A stretch of DNA of 63,742 nt, the filler included, from Perkinsus chesapeaki ATCC PRA-425 (Eukaryota > Protista > Perkinsozoa): NCBI GenBank assembly GCA_013115145.1. It is 14 parts of 14 records of this genome, joined end to end, with 100 filler letters (N's around TTAATTAATTAA, not from the genome) between each part and the next. Parts side by side here need not be neighbours in the genome. Positions count along the whole stretch, not along the records: positions 10,927 to 20,573 come from JAAPAO010000929.1; positions 20,674 to 30,271 come from JAAPAO010000931.1; 12 more parts are not named here. One strand, given 5' to 3'. How positions within the stretch are numbered: position 1 is the first letter of the stretch; each line of letters begins with the position of its first letter. Positions 11,661 to 25,500 of this stretch are shown here, in pieces. The translations under genes and the position numbers were made by a program. The notes under the pieces are model-generated. The model ran no database searches and was not told the DNA's origin. It worked only from the letters and a program-made list of their open reading frames with translations.

Positions 11661-14600
11661 TCACACGGCAGGGCTCGGAACAGCTGGCAGGGTAGCAAGA
11701 AGGCCTACAAGATGGGCCATGTGCGGCTTATGCAGGGACCATGGATTCAGAGCAACTGTGATGCGCATCAGCCTATTGCGGAGCTCGGCAAATGTCTCTC
11801 GATCGAGCCTGGTTGCGCCAATGTGCACCAAAAGAATCACCGCTACAGTCGCAGCAGCGACCTCGATGCTGCCTTCAGTTATGCCATTCATGAAGCCACA
11901 GCATATGTTAATGTGGTAGTCGAGATCGCAATCCGAGAACAGCAACTGTCCATCCCTAGCATTTACGAGAACGCCGACTAGCTCGCTCAGGCTCGCCGGG
12001 GATTTCGCCGATTCTACCAGAAGGGGCAGAGCTGCTTCTGGTTCCCTGAGGAGCATCGCTAAGCAGCTTTTTACGGCATCCCCGACCGCCGGGGAACTGT
12101 CCCACAGCCTGAGGGCGCATGTAACAGCGATTCGGGCTTCAACACGGCAAAATGACCGGCTCGCATTGGCTGTTGTTGTCGGTTGAACAGCAGCAATCTG
12201 ACACAGCTTGCTGAGCAGATAAAAGCACGACTTTCGCAAGATGGGCGATGGGGAATCGGTCAATGGAAGGAGGGCTGGTCCTAGCTTGGACAAGAGCTGT
12301 GACTCCCAGAGCTCTGGATCGCAGCCCACAGGGCGGAGGACGGCTGCCCGGTGACAAGCGTTGACCGCCTCGCATACAAGCTCGGTCTCGATGTCCGTCA
12401 GTGACATCATTAGTTGGTCTAGAATCTGACAAGGAACAGCTGGAACCCAATACCACTGGTGGGCTGACATCCGTGGCTTTGTGTTCCGCGAGCTCCATTA
12501 GACCGTTCTCCTTGTCGGCGGACAGAAGCAGTACGTTAGCCAGGCCCTTAATGGCGTGCTTCCGGACACAGGGCTGCTCCGGATCACCAACCACTGATAG
12601 AAAACACTCAGCGCACTTAGCGACGAGATCGCTGGGAATGCTCGGGGCGGCCTGCGTTTGATGACATCGCTTGGGCTTTGGTGGACTCTCATCCCCTGTG
12701 GAAGTAGACGAATCAAGCATAGTGCAACTGTTTGACAGCACCCAATTCAGTGTGTCCCAGTTCTGAGCAATCCTCGTGGCAACCAGGCGTCAGCCGATCC
12801 ACGGGTCCAAGCACGTGCTCTATGGGCGCCTCTTCGGCAATTGTGCTCGTCTCCAGCACGCTTGGCGAATAGAGAACCTGAAAAGCAAATAAGATGAGCT
12901 CGTCAACACTGATGAACAGAAGTGGAATTAAAAGGGAGCGATGTAGAAGTACGAGAAGCGCCAGCTTCTCAGAAAAGTCAGAAGAAATAACTTTTCTAAG
13001 CTATATTCCGAATTCATTTGAGAGACTGCATATCGCTTTTGCTGGAATGGACTAAGATAATGGACTAACTTGCCTGAGCCAACACAGCAACAGCGGCCAC
13101 TCTGTGGCCCGGGATAGAACGGGTAACGAATGGCAAGGCGAACTCAACCAATCTCTGCCGAATAGTTTGAGGCTCCTTCTCTGAGGCCGAGCGACAGAAC
13201 AAGAAAATCATTGAATCTGAGCAGATATCATAAGTGATGCCGACGCTAAGTGGAGAGACCGATGATGTCATCGACTTCGCCATCGGGTCCGAGCTCCTCT
13301 ATCCCAGACACGCCCGCGTGACGCAGTGTGCCAACTTCGGCAGTAATCGAGGACGCCGCCTGAGTGATCAAGCTTCGCGAAAGCTGCGAGACGGTGACAT
13401 GCCTGTTGTTGCAAGGCCAAAGCCATCGAGTGCTGATCGATTGCCTCCAGCATTTTAGCGGTAGTCTCAATGGCTCTTTTCCGCAAGTGTAGAGCTGTTG
13501 AAAACAACTCGAGCCACCCAACAGTATGGCAGCTCACTCGGTGCTGATGCAACACGCAGAAGCAGCGTGACGAGGATTTCCGGAATGTGCCTCTTTAGAG
13601 CTGCTACAACAGCCGAGTCCTCCACCCTCACAATCACATCGAAAGCCTCTGTAGCTGCAGTGACAACTCTGTTGGGCTGGCCGTCCGCACCTAACAGCAC
13701 ATCGGGCGAGCAAGGGTGATGTTGGCCGACTTGGGAAGGAATTATTGAGAATGTCGGTGAGGCAGTTGAGCATTCTCAACAGAAGTGGCTTCTCCTTCAC
13801 CATCACGCGGATGGCGTGGAGCTGGGACTGGGAGAACTCACCATCACCAACTTCCAGAAGCTCCGAGATGGCAGAGTCGAAATGGCTGCTAGCCAGCACC
13901 TTCAGTACGGACTTGCAACATAGCACTCGGGCCGGCTACCTGGGTGCAGGCGAGGACCTTCTGCTGGAGGACTGAGCCTGATGGCAGCTTCTCGGCATCA
14001 TCAAAGATGGTACTAATCATCTTAGCGGCGGTCTCCTTATCAAAACTGGAGGCCCGGTGTAGAAGAATGAGATGAAGGGCGTCTATGGTGCTGACTGCTG
14101 CTCGAAGGTCGGAATTGTGGACTCCTAAATACTCATCGATTATCTAATAAGTAATCCGAAAGGCCTTTCACCTTTCATCAAATGCTGGAGAAGAGCCGGA
14201 ACAGCTTCGCTGGGGAGGACATCGGCGAGGCCAACAGCCAGAAGCTAAGTACAGGGGGATCTGGATCGAAGGTGAAGTGCCCTACTTGATGGAGCATGCA
14301 AGGGCGCCGATGGTCAGTCGAGCACTCTCGATTCTTCCTGCGCAACTCAGTAGGCATGATCTCTTCAATGCGATCATGGCTCTGCTCATTGCGCTCTAGC
14401 AGGAGTCGCATGGCGTCTCGAGATGCCCTTCGAACTGCCAGGCTGCTGTCACCGACGTGGGGAAGAATAAGGGCGACACATTCACACCATTCCCCGACCT
14501 AACAAGCAATTTTTCACCTTCAATAGTATTCCCCAAACGAGGTGACGCTCCGCCGTCAGTGATAAGAAATAAAGTTACCCAACTCACTTCTCGCCGACTG

Positions 14601-17600
14601 CTGGTGAGGAGGACCGGTGCGTTTTCACAGAGAACAAGAGTGAGTCGGGCTGATGCCCATCTTAAGGCCTCCACTGGCCCCGAGCCCCCAGCTGAGTGGA
14701 CGGCCTGCATGAGGCGACTGACCCCTAGCCACGTCCTCGCATGGGACAATAGGGCTGCCACAACCAGTTCGCAGCAATCGACCACTCGGGCCTGCGCGTG
14801 AGACTGATGATGATAGGTTCTGCCGTCAAATCCCACTTCAGGTTCGGTCTCGGGAGGGGACGAACTCCACTCGTCGGAGAAGAGTCTGGCTATCTCCTCC
14901 AAACTCGCAGTTGCCAACGGCGCGCTGGCCGACGCCGGAGGCACCGCCGATTCTGGCAGCGACATCACGAGAACTTGTAGCGCTGTCTCGAGGACCTGAG
15001 ACTCGGATTGAGGCTGCTAGCGCTGAGCTTCGGTGGACCGTGCCTGGGCAAAGATCCGAGGTTGAAGGTCCAGTGGCAGAGCTATCAGAGAGGCGACGCA
15101 TTGCAGCACATCACATAGCAGCATGCCCATCGAGTTATGCTCAGTTCGGAGGATCGATGCGGACGAGGACAAGGAGCGGCCACCATCCAGCTTCCAAGCT
15201 GCAGAGGACACCGCCGAGTTGGAGATGACTGGTTGAAGGAGGAACGGTAGCAGAGCGACTACGAGCTCATCCCGCAACAGCGCCAAGGACGGGTCCAGTT
15301 CCAGCTCGTGGTTGCCGTTGCCTTCGGCATCAGCCCGCATGAGACCATCGGCTGTGAGCTTGATCCCTCTGATAGCTGCTGCAAGTGGGGTGGCCTTGCG
15401 TTCCTCCTTCAGAGCGGTGAGGAGGGGCTCCAGGAAGAAGGCGCGGAGACGGCGTTGAAGCGCTCTTGGGGAAGGGGCAAAGGCCGCGCAGTAACCAAGA
15501 GAGGCGTTCACAGTGGCTCTGACCCACTCCCCCTGCTGGAGTAGCTCCGTGTTATCGAAGATGGCGAAAGCGCTTGGACGCCGGGTTGCCACTTGGCTGG
15601 ATGCTGCTCGTCTGATGAGATCTGACAGGGATGATCAGGGGAGCTGCTCAGGAAAGCCACATGGACCTGTGATGTGATCAAAGTGGACGCCGGCGAGTTT
15701 GCCGAGCGCCTTGGCAAGACCTCTCCGGCCTTGTGGACGAGCCAATAGGACGGCCGACGACGACGTGCCTCCCTGAAAAGATAATGACCCGAAAAACCTG
15801 ACGAAGTGCATACATTTTGTGAGCTGCTGGGAAACTTTGATGTGAGCAAAATCCACTTGTCCACGTACTCGGCCATCTTGACTATACTAGGAATGTGCGA
15901 GGCTGCCACCCCGAGAAGGAGGAACGCCGTACCAGTGGTCGCATCCAAGGCCTGCGTGACATCGTTAGCGACCAGCTACTCCTCACTCTGTTACTGAAGC
16001 ACGATCGGCAGCTCGGACTTCGGTGGACGGAAATTCGAGCTCGCCGTCGCATTCTGCTAGGCTTGCGCCTGACAAGTGAAATCACCGTTCGCGTTGCACG
16101 TCAGCGTACCGGCGGCGCTGGTAGTTGTTTGATCGCCCTCATCGAGGGTGCTCCTAGGAGTAAGCGGTTCTTGCTCTAGAGGGGCTGGTACCGTGGCCAG
16201 ACTAGCCAGGCGAGGGAGAAGGGACTTGGTTATGTAATCGCAGACGGCCTGTCAAGACAAGGGACTATTTCAAGAAGGGTGACAATCTGGTGGTCACTTC
16301 AGCATAGATGGGCTCATCGTCGGCGTCGGATCCCACGGATAGCTGACTGAAGAACAGCTCCAACTCCTCACCAGAGGATCGGGACCCTGAGGTGGCGGCA
16401 CGTGCAAGCCAGGACGGAATAGCAGTCGTACCACTTTCCAGCTCGCTCAGACGAGAAAATGGAGACTCCCACATCGTCTTGAGATCTCCATGAATCGAGG
16501 CCGCCAGGGAACGCAAAGCGTTGACAATATTACGCCTGGCGGATAGGTCTGGCAGAGGTCTCCTTGGAGTCTCGCCGAGTTCGTTCAACCCTAAAGCAAG
16601 GATGCGAGCATGCCTATACAAGACATGCTTGCTAGAGTCACCTTCATCAGCTAGGGCAGAGAGCAGCCAAATGAGGAGATGACATCCCTTGGCTACCCCA
16701 AGGGGAGTCACCAGCTCACGCCAGTTGTTACTGCTGATCAACTTGCTCATCACTAGGCACGCCTTGTCAAGCTGGTGCTCTCTGTCGCACGTTCCCGACA
16801 ATAGGAGCGCCATAAGCCTGTCGTAGAGGACGGCGGAGGCATGGAGGCTCTGCTGGTCCTGGTCTTGACGTCTGGCTTGTTCTAGCAGCACATCTAGGGC
16901 TCGTTTCCGGACAGTACGCCAGACAACAGTCATACCATCTCGCTCGCGCCGAGGCCAATCGGTCGTAGTCGATCCGCCAGACGTCGAAAAGCGTTTCATA
17001 AGGCGTTGGCCAGCGGTAAGCGCGACCTCCCTTTCACAGTCAGAATCCGTAAGGCACACAAGAGACAGGAGGTAATCGTAGAGGACCGGCAAGGGGGCCA
17101 TCCTGGCACCCATGACACTGAGTACCTCGACCAGACAGAGAACTTCCACCGGAACGGTAGTGCACTCGCTAGATGCTGGCGGCCTAGTCTCACGGCAGAG
17201 CATGTCCAGCGTCGGCCCCAGCAACGACGTAGCGAGACCGGCAACAGCACACGCACGCATGCACAGCAGCGCCACGCATCTGTCGGAGGGTGTGTGAGGC
17301 TGAGACGGCTCAGCCAACCCCTTCTTGTCAAGCAAATACGACATGCACTGTTCTCCGCCCAAGGAGACCCATGTCTCGAGAACCTCATCAACAACAGCTA
17401 TAGAATCTATTCCAGCGGGAGTGAATGCGCCAGGCAGTACAGCAAGTGGACGGTTACTTTGAACAAGGGAGACCAACAAATCTTGGAGCTCCAGGAGGCT
17501 CTCACGGTCCGCGAAAGCCTTTCCACTGGCCGCTAGAATTCGCACTCCAGAGAGAACAGGGGCGATTTGGCAGCTCGAGAGGGTGCCCTTAGGAGGCCTT

Positions 17601-19316
17601 ATTTTCAACAAGGAACCCAGCCAAATGAGGCATGCCTTCTGGATAACTGCTATGCTACCGACTACAGCTGTTGGGGAGCGGTCCAGCAGGAAAAGCAGAA
17701 GCCTGCCGGCGGCCTCGAGTCTAGCGGAGCACTCCGGAATGTCTATCTTTAATGCATTGCTGAGAACGCCAGACTCGACGTCCTGAGTGATTCGACCCAT
17801 GAGCCTGTCGAAAGCTGCCTTTACCACTTTGAATGCTACCGGGTCTTCCTGAGGAACAGCGAGAATACACTACTCTAGATTGGTCCAGAACAGAAAGTCA
17901 GATGCTGGAGAATGTCACCAGTACAGTTGTCAATAGATTTAGGCGCATACCTCCAGCGGCGGGAAAAAAGTTACTCCGAATAACGACCTTTGAATTACGA
18001 AGCAGTACTAATAATACTCGTCTTACTATCGTACAGGGCTAATTCCGGAACAGGGATCAATCTACCCTCGCAGAAATGTGCTCCTTGTCAGCCAAGAATT
18101 GTTCCTATCGTTGAGATATAATATGAATAATTTTAGAAATAGTTCCTAGAGCAGATAAACAGTTAACGCTTTTCATCCTCGGAACATTAGGTTCTCCTCT
18201 ACGACCTCCTGGTACGAAAGCTACCTCAAGTTTATGGCAACGAACTTCGCGGGCCACGCACCTGCCCTTCGGTAAACTCACATGCAACCATTGACAACCA
18301 TTGACCTTTTTAGGGAACTCCGTGTCCGAAGCATCCACAACTCTCTTGCAGACACCAGCGATCAGAGTTGACACATGACGAGTTGACGAATCTGAATCCG
18401 GTTACGGGTATAACTAAGTATTAGAACTATACTTCTGCAGACGCATAAAGGAAACCGAGGAGCTGCCGGCACAGATGAAAGTTTTTAGGCTAGCGGATAA
18501 GTGCAATCGAAATCTTGTTTATGGTTCAATCCGAGGTTTTCTTTAGTTTTTATCGGTTCCTCGGCATCTTTGTTCTCGAGAAAGGTAAGACTAGTGAAGG
18601 TCAAATACACTATGAGTACCCACGAGCAGCCCATGACGCGTTTTTCTTAGGGACCTCAACTCACCCAAGTCGTCGGTAATGCGTATGATCTCCGTGGCAT
18701 GGAGGTGCTTAAAGCCGTCACTTTCGGCACAATTCCCACATATCTCCACCAGGGCATCAATATATACATTAGCCTTGCTGCTGCCCACCGTGTCTGCTCG
18801 GCTGAAAATCTCCACCAGCACACAATCGAGATTAATTCGAGCCAACTGCGACAGGACCGATGCGCAAGCTGATAACAAGGAGGACTCGGAGTTGTTCGAA
18901 ATCTCGTTGACCACTATTCCAACCAGCTCAACGATGCGCCCTTTAGGAATCTCGTCATCTTCACGCTCCACTCTAGGCAATACCACTCGGGAGACCGTCT
19001 CTAGCACCCTGCTCTTATGGGGCGGTCCTGTGATCCGACACTGGCTGCGATCGATGTAGCTGAAGCAGCCGTCCAGGACATTGAGTACTTCTCCATTCCG
19101 ACACATCCCACCAATGGCCGCAAAGATCGCGTCTACAACCTGTGGCTCTGCCCCGTCAGATGAGTCAGCATCTTGTAAGCAATCCAGTAGACAAAATAGG
19201 AGAGGGCGCGGGTCCCCGACGAATTCGGCTTCCTGCAAATTTTTAGTCACCGTCGAATCCACTCGCTTTATTTCATCCCCGAGCGCATGACGCTCGCGCG
19301 GTATTGTCCGAGTCAT
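11661..19316 (-). CDS. MROH1: Maestro HEAT-like repeat protein (MROH1/HEATR7A/SGR6 family), multi-exon
   Basis: N-terminal exon LLFCLLDCLQDAD...HKSRVLETVSRVV...SACASVLSQLAR and C-terminal VRKHAIKGLANV and VTCALRLWDSSPAVGDAVKSCL resemble the MROH1 termini. A chain of Leu/Ala-rich minus-strand ORFs (up to 520 aa) fills the interval. Stop at 11661; start uncertain. Confidence 0.72.
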
Positions 19317-19602
19317 TTTCTGAGATAACAAACTACCTTATGCACACACGAAAAGTTGCGTTGCAGCAACCAGTCACTGCCTTCGATACGCTATTTCCAA
19401 GGTGAAGTTATCTAAGAGCGCTGACTATAACTGAACGACCCCGAGTTTTGTGCCCAGTCTCCTTCCAAAGGGCCCTTCCCAATGAATTGACAAAGCTGGG
19501 AACAACACTCTGCTGGAATCTGCGCGATAATATAAATAATGATATCTCATCATCACCTTAGACACTGCATAAGCAGCTCGGATTCAGCTTTTACGGACAA
19601 CG

Positions 19603-20407
19603 TTACTTGACCTTCAGCTCCTCCGGCAGCTTCGAGTTTATCAAATTAGTTATACGATTCACATATTGCTCAAATGTACCAGGCAAAACGACAGAGTTGG
19701 CTGAGAACAATAACACTTGCGGCACCTTTGCGACAGGTTCTAACAAGCGAATTGAAGGACTTGGCAAACTTCCACAATAGCGTGTTTTATTAAATAGAGT
19801 AACGATGATCAGGTTTCTGCGGTCACGTCCCACTATACCCAGCGGATTCACGGGTACGGAAGGAGCATCGTTTTCATTTCGAAGCTCACGCTAACATGTA
19901 TGACATATGCCTTCGAAATGTGAGAAGCTTAATCAGAAACTACTTCATACAAAACGGGAGCAGGTACCATGACCAAGCATTGTTTATATCTCTATTCGCC
20001 GTTGAAGTTTCTCCAATAGGGAACAGCTGACCCCAATAGAATTTCAAACGACAGAATGAGCAGGATTATGCACAGAGAACGCTAATAGTGGCCCCTCGTA
20101 GTATTACGGTTAGCAGCATACAAATCGTTCTGGCACCAGGCATATCCCAAACCGATTCCAGCGCCTACAGCGGTTGCGGCCAGTCTCAGACGACGGCTCT
20201 TGAACAACACCATTGCGGGAACAAAACCGGAGAACAGCCCGAGCGTTGCCTTCGAAGCGAAGTTCTGAAGAATGAACAATCCTACCCACGTACTCTACCC
20301 ATCTTGCTGATGCATGCATCAATGCTTACCACTGCATAGAGCTCGTAGTTGTCCAACGGGCCTGCTTCGTCCTTACTACCGGCTGCGCCGTCTCTAGAGC
20401 TGCTCAT
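19603..20407 (-). CDS. MIC10: MICOS complex subunit Mic10
   Basis: Three-exon model: MSSSRDGAAGSKDEAGPLDNYELYAV / NFASKATLGLFSGFVPAMVLFKSRRLRLAATAVGAGIGLGYAWCQNDLYAAN / PNSVVLPGTFEQYVNRITNLINSKLPEELKVK*. Two TM helices flank a basic loop, with a GxGxGxG motif. Last intron modelled at 19701-20107. Confidence 0.68.
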
Positions 20408-20875
20408 ATCGAGGTTCGATAATCAAACACAGAACTAAAGCAGCAGCCAGATAAACCAGTTAAGTAGCAAGGACAAAGAGCCTAGTATTTTGATACTTTT
20501 AGTGATCCCATAGCCGATAGCGATTCGGCATCGAGGAGGTGGAATATCTAGCGCTTGACACAACAGCCTGGCTNNNNNNNNNNNNNNNNNNNNNNNNNNN
20601 NNNNNNNNNNNNNNNNNTTAATTAATTAANNNNNNNNNNNNNNNNNNNNNNNNNNNNNNNNNNNNNNNNNNNNAACTTTTGGAGTGTGTTCGGGTTTCGG
20701 GTTTGAGTATTCCTCCCGCACTCCCGTGTTCGATGGGATTTTACATGTGCCGTACAGAGTTAGGAAGTCCCTCTCAAGGGCTTTCGAACGTCGCAGGTGT
20801 CGTCGGAATACTCGCCCTCTTCCGAAAGTTATTCAGAAAGCACATTTTTTTGGGTCACCCTGTATATCCCGCAGA

Positions 20876-21212
20876 TCATCCAACTGTAAAGCGGTCAGAG
20901 ACCTCATCATACACAAACGTGGGCCACCATTTAGGATCCCAGTTCCTAGAACCTACTTCGAAGAGTGACGGGTTCAAAGATACTTCATTAGTTTCATTGT
21001 TGAAAGTGTAGCTGCTCTCCCTCGTGTGGATTACCAATGCGGCAGCTATTACTCTCACCAGGAACGTACTGTCGTTGATGCCACTCGGTATAAACCTTCT
21101 TCCCATCATATCTATTATAGATGTGGCCAACGAAAGGGGGTGGAGCACCACTGCCCGTTGCCAAGTTACTCAGCACGATTAAGAGAATGGCTGTGATGGA
21201 GAAAATTGGCAT
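20876..21212 (-). CDS. Hypothetical small secreted protein (two exons, about 90 aa)
   Basis: Signal peptide MPIFSITAILLIVLSNLATG. A GTACGT...CAG intron joins it in frame to YTFNNETNEVSLNP...WDPKWWPTFVYDEVSDRFTVG*. Confidence 0.55.
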
Positions 21213-22595
21213 TTGAACGCGCGAACAAATCGCGAGCTGAAGATGCGTTCAACACACGGGGTTCGCTATGCGGCCATTTCGCTAAGTGTTCTGTTTCTGG
21301 TTTACTAGTGAGTTGACCAAATATGCGTATCGTGCAGTGTGATGAGTGGAAAGGGGGAGTATTAACTTGTATTAAGCTTTATCTATAATTTACGAGATTG
21401 GAGGTCATCCTGTTGTCGTAGTCAAGATCGTAGAGACGCCGATCTCATTCACCAAGCAGCTAATGCGTCGCAGCTCGCACACCACCTGGAATCAGGTTGG
21501 TTGACCCTCTTGAAGTGCTCCATTACCGAGCCGTTCGAGCAGATATAGCAATCTTCTGTTTGTTCTGCTCCCGCCCAACCGAGCAGAAAAGAGTAAGTTA
21601 TCGGTGCAACATGGAATCGACAAGGCTTTTCTTTCCAATAGAAGTTGGTTTGTACGTATGAACAAAAAGCAGACAACACCTTGCGCGTCACGCACAGCGA
21701 ATCACTGCCTCAACCGTGGATATTAATTTGTAGCTACATTTCCACCGAGTACAAACACGAATCTTGACCACCCGTTATTTTATGTATGAAATTCTGCCGC
21801 AACTATGATGAATGTGAGATGAAATTTCGTACTCAATCCGCTTATGCCGAATCAAGCTGTTGAGCCAACCATCACGAGTGTGTCTGGTAATATGTCTTAC
21901 GCCTATCGAAGGGTAAATGCACATAACTAAGCGATTTCTTGCCCTGCTCTGTCGAGTGCGCTATGGAATTGAAGTTCCTTGGGGAGACTTCAATTTTAAT
22001 TATGTTAGCCTGTCCAAATTGAAGCTAGGGTTTCAATCCAAGCTAGTCCGTATAAATCCCTATGATATTTCAATTGGGCTTCGAGTTACGGCTGAGCAAA
22101 TGAATGTCTACATGAAGAAATACGGTATCGGAATTGAGTTGTCGTCGAGCGATATGTAACATGATCCCATCATTTGTCTGGGCAGGTTCAGACCCTCTTG
22201 CATGGAAAGATCCCGAATTCTGCACTTTCACGCATTCGTGAAAAAGTCTAGCTCCGAAATTCCAGTGAGAAACCTCGTTCTCTGCACCACCTCCTATATA
22301 CTACGACTCAAGAAAGTCACGTAAATGAACTAATAATAGATGTCATAGTCTTGATGTTCTTGACAATGACATTATGATATTGTCATACGTCGACGTATGT
22401 ACATGCTTATAGCCGTATGGCCACAGGTTCTCTTGAAGTCCCACTAAGTACTACTCACTTACAACGCAATAATGATGATGATTAGAAGTGTGCATTAAAC
22501 CATTTAAGACGTGCACGTTATATTAAAAACGATTCAACGGATAACCAAGAGGCGAATTACTGAAAGTAGTACCTTCTATAAAAAGTAACGGCTTA

Positions 22596-25500
22596 TTATG
22601 CCCAAATCTGTGGCATATCACATGACTGAAAAGACATTGGATCAAGACACTGTTGTGGTTCATTGTATGTATTCATATAATGACCAGGTAATCTAAGATG
22701 ATCATTAGTTATCAAACATGTGTAGCTGAAATGCTCGTTAAATAATATTGGACTATTGTCATCCATATATTTATATAGGCCAGCTTCTTTGAATAGTTTT
22801 AGTGCTGGTTTAATACCCCATGCATTCGATACAACATACCCTCGTGAACTCTTCATATTGGGCGTATCACCTAAAAGGGAGTGATAATAACAAATAATTA
22901 TGTTAATTATTATTACTTCCAAATATCATAAGTACCTTATCACTTTCAGTCAGCGTCCATCCCCATTCGTTTGCCAATGAGTTCTTACTACACATACCAG
23001 TTTCGCCATCTAGTGGCGTAGTTTCAAGTGCCAAACTCATCTTACTTCGACCATCAACAACACGACTTCGTTGTCTGAGATAACGTGCACCAAATGAAGC
23101 CCAACCAGTGTATTTCATATCCCAGTATTCTTCAACACTCTTCCATATTGGTCTGTTGTCTTTAGGTGCTGCTGTACTGGGCCAATATCCCATAGGATTA
23201 TATCTATATCTATGGTTAATATCAGATATAACAGCATTAGTAAAATCAACTCTTTTGCCATTTATTAATGGTACACCATCACCAGCTTTGTATTCCTTCA
23301 AACCTTTTTGTACAGTTGATGTCGGACCGATAATATCAACCGAAGTATCACTGCGTCCTAGTTGCCATGTATGGAAAAATTGCCCAGGTGAGGTTTGATA
23401 AGTCCCAACAGAAACACCGTCTAGATAACGATGCATACAATTAACAATTGAAAAATCGTCATAATTAGTAGAATCATAGTTGTAATCACCAAGGTTCGAG
23501 GAGGATCCGGCTGCTTTGCAGCATTCGCATATCCAATTGGTTCTTTTACCATTGATAAGCACTTTACCACTACCGAATGGAGCATTGAATAGACCATAAT
23601 AGGGCGAAGTCACATCACTAATTTCATATACATTATCATCAATTGCTTATCTCGGTGATACCCAATTATATGCTTGCTGCATCCAAGCAGACAAAGTAGT
23701 GCCTGACAAAAACACTAATTTTAATAATAGTAAAGATACGTACGTATCGCTTTTCCACTTTCCCAATCCAGGTTAGATATTTTATTATTCCTATCATCAA
23801 CTAATTTCCTAGCATGCCTCAGTAAACGCCAATAGGCTTCACCCACTGTGGCTGGCACCGACCAGTGGCTTATCGGACCTATTTTGATATCGGCTGAACC
23901 TAATAGAAAATATACATAACGATAATCGAGAACATCAGTAATACCAGGATATCCTGTCCCAATAGGGTGCTTAGTTTCATCGTACAAATCGCCCAGTGGA
24001 CTGACGTGAGACAACTGGAATAGTTCAATGTCGAGATAAATATCGATAACAGGCTTTGGTCCAAGAGATGGTCGAAGGTCGGAGTCCAAGAAGTCAAATA
24101 CCCGATTAATGTAATTGATAGTTAGGTCATAGTCATCAAGAGGAGTAGCTGAAGATATGAAATAATGAAAGTGATGGATATTCAATACTCACCGGCTTCG
24201 TTATTAGGATAATACTTTGACCAAAGCGGGCCTTGCTTATCAGCAATTTGCTCAGTGTCCTCACAACGACTTCCAGCTCTCTTACAGTCGGCATTCAACT
24301 TGGTTGAACCACCAAAAGTAACACCGTCAATAGGATCCTTGTGCTGGCCCAATACCATACCAAATCGAAGTGACCTGAAGCCCGCTTGCATCAGACTTAT
24401 TGGTATTCTTATAATTTCTGAATAATAACAGAAGTAACATAGATAATAAAACTGCTAACTTACCATTTGTATCTTCATCTACGAACATTAGATTCTCCAT
24501 ATAAGTTTTAATACTTTTATAGGCATCATCACGTGCTTTATCAGCATCACCGCCATAACAGGGATCCGCCTCCAGCCAACCATCGACGGTACATAACGGT
24601 GGATTGCCACACAATAGTTCACCCCACTGTATAACTCTACCACCAATATCTCTACCACCATCAGGAATCGGATTATATTTATTAAATAATAGCTCCTGCA
24701 CGGGCTTGAAGGCATCTTCTGTTGATGAACATAAATAACGATGTTCTTGACCAGGAGCTTTAGGCTTCCAAACATACATAGGCTTGTCATTCTTGCTGTC
24801 AATTTTAACGCCTGAAAGTCAACAGTATAAATATGAATATATTATTTCTTACAATCAGAATCACTTGTTTGCCAACCCCATGGCGAACACCAAATAGCAT
24901 TATCCAACCTAGTGACAGTAATAAAAAATATTACTCATCTTCGTACTTACCAATTAAATACACCATAATGACCTTTCTTCCCTGTAGGTATTTCATCAAC
25001 ACCATTAGTCGTAGTACTACTAGTAGTGCTGGAGGGCTTTACTGTTGTAGTAGGAGGCTTTACCGTTGTAGTAGGAGGCTTCACCGTTGTAGTTGTAGAC
25101 TTCACCGTTGTACTTGTAGACCTTACCGTTGTAGTAGCAGGCTTCACCGTTGTAGTAGGTGCTTTCACGGTCGTAGTAGAAGGTTTTGTACTGGGCGGAT
25201 TTGTCTTGGTTGCAGTAGCTGTTGTTTGAGAGTTACAACTACATTGAACACTTGTGCCATGACAGTATGATGGTATCGACCAATGTTTACAATAAGAACC
25301 GCTCATAATATTAGAACAATAGATATCAGCATTGGTACAGTCATTATTGCCAGCACTACTCGAGGAGGAAATATGAATAGTAGTTGCTGGAGATGATGAT
25401 GATGTAGTAAATTGAGCTTCAGTCGTTGTTGTAGGCGAGGAAGGAGGCGAGGAGGAGGGCTTTACAGTTGTGCCAGTATCTTCACACGAACAAGGTACAG

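Noticed and set aside
11655-19290. Numerous + strand and alternative-frame ORFs over the MROH1-like gene, and minus-strand ORFs over GALE, COG1 and KMO
   Set aside because: These are antisense or out-of-frame shadows of GC-rich coding sequence with no motifs of their own.
21449-22159. Short ORFs with a CxxC...CxxC pattern (21449-21691) and an 80-aa ORF (21917-22159)
   Set aside because: No start or splice model and no recognisable family, so they could not be supported as genes.
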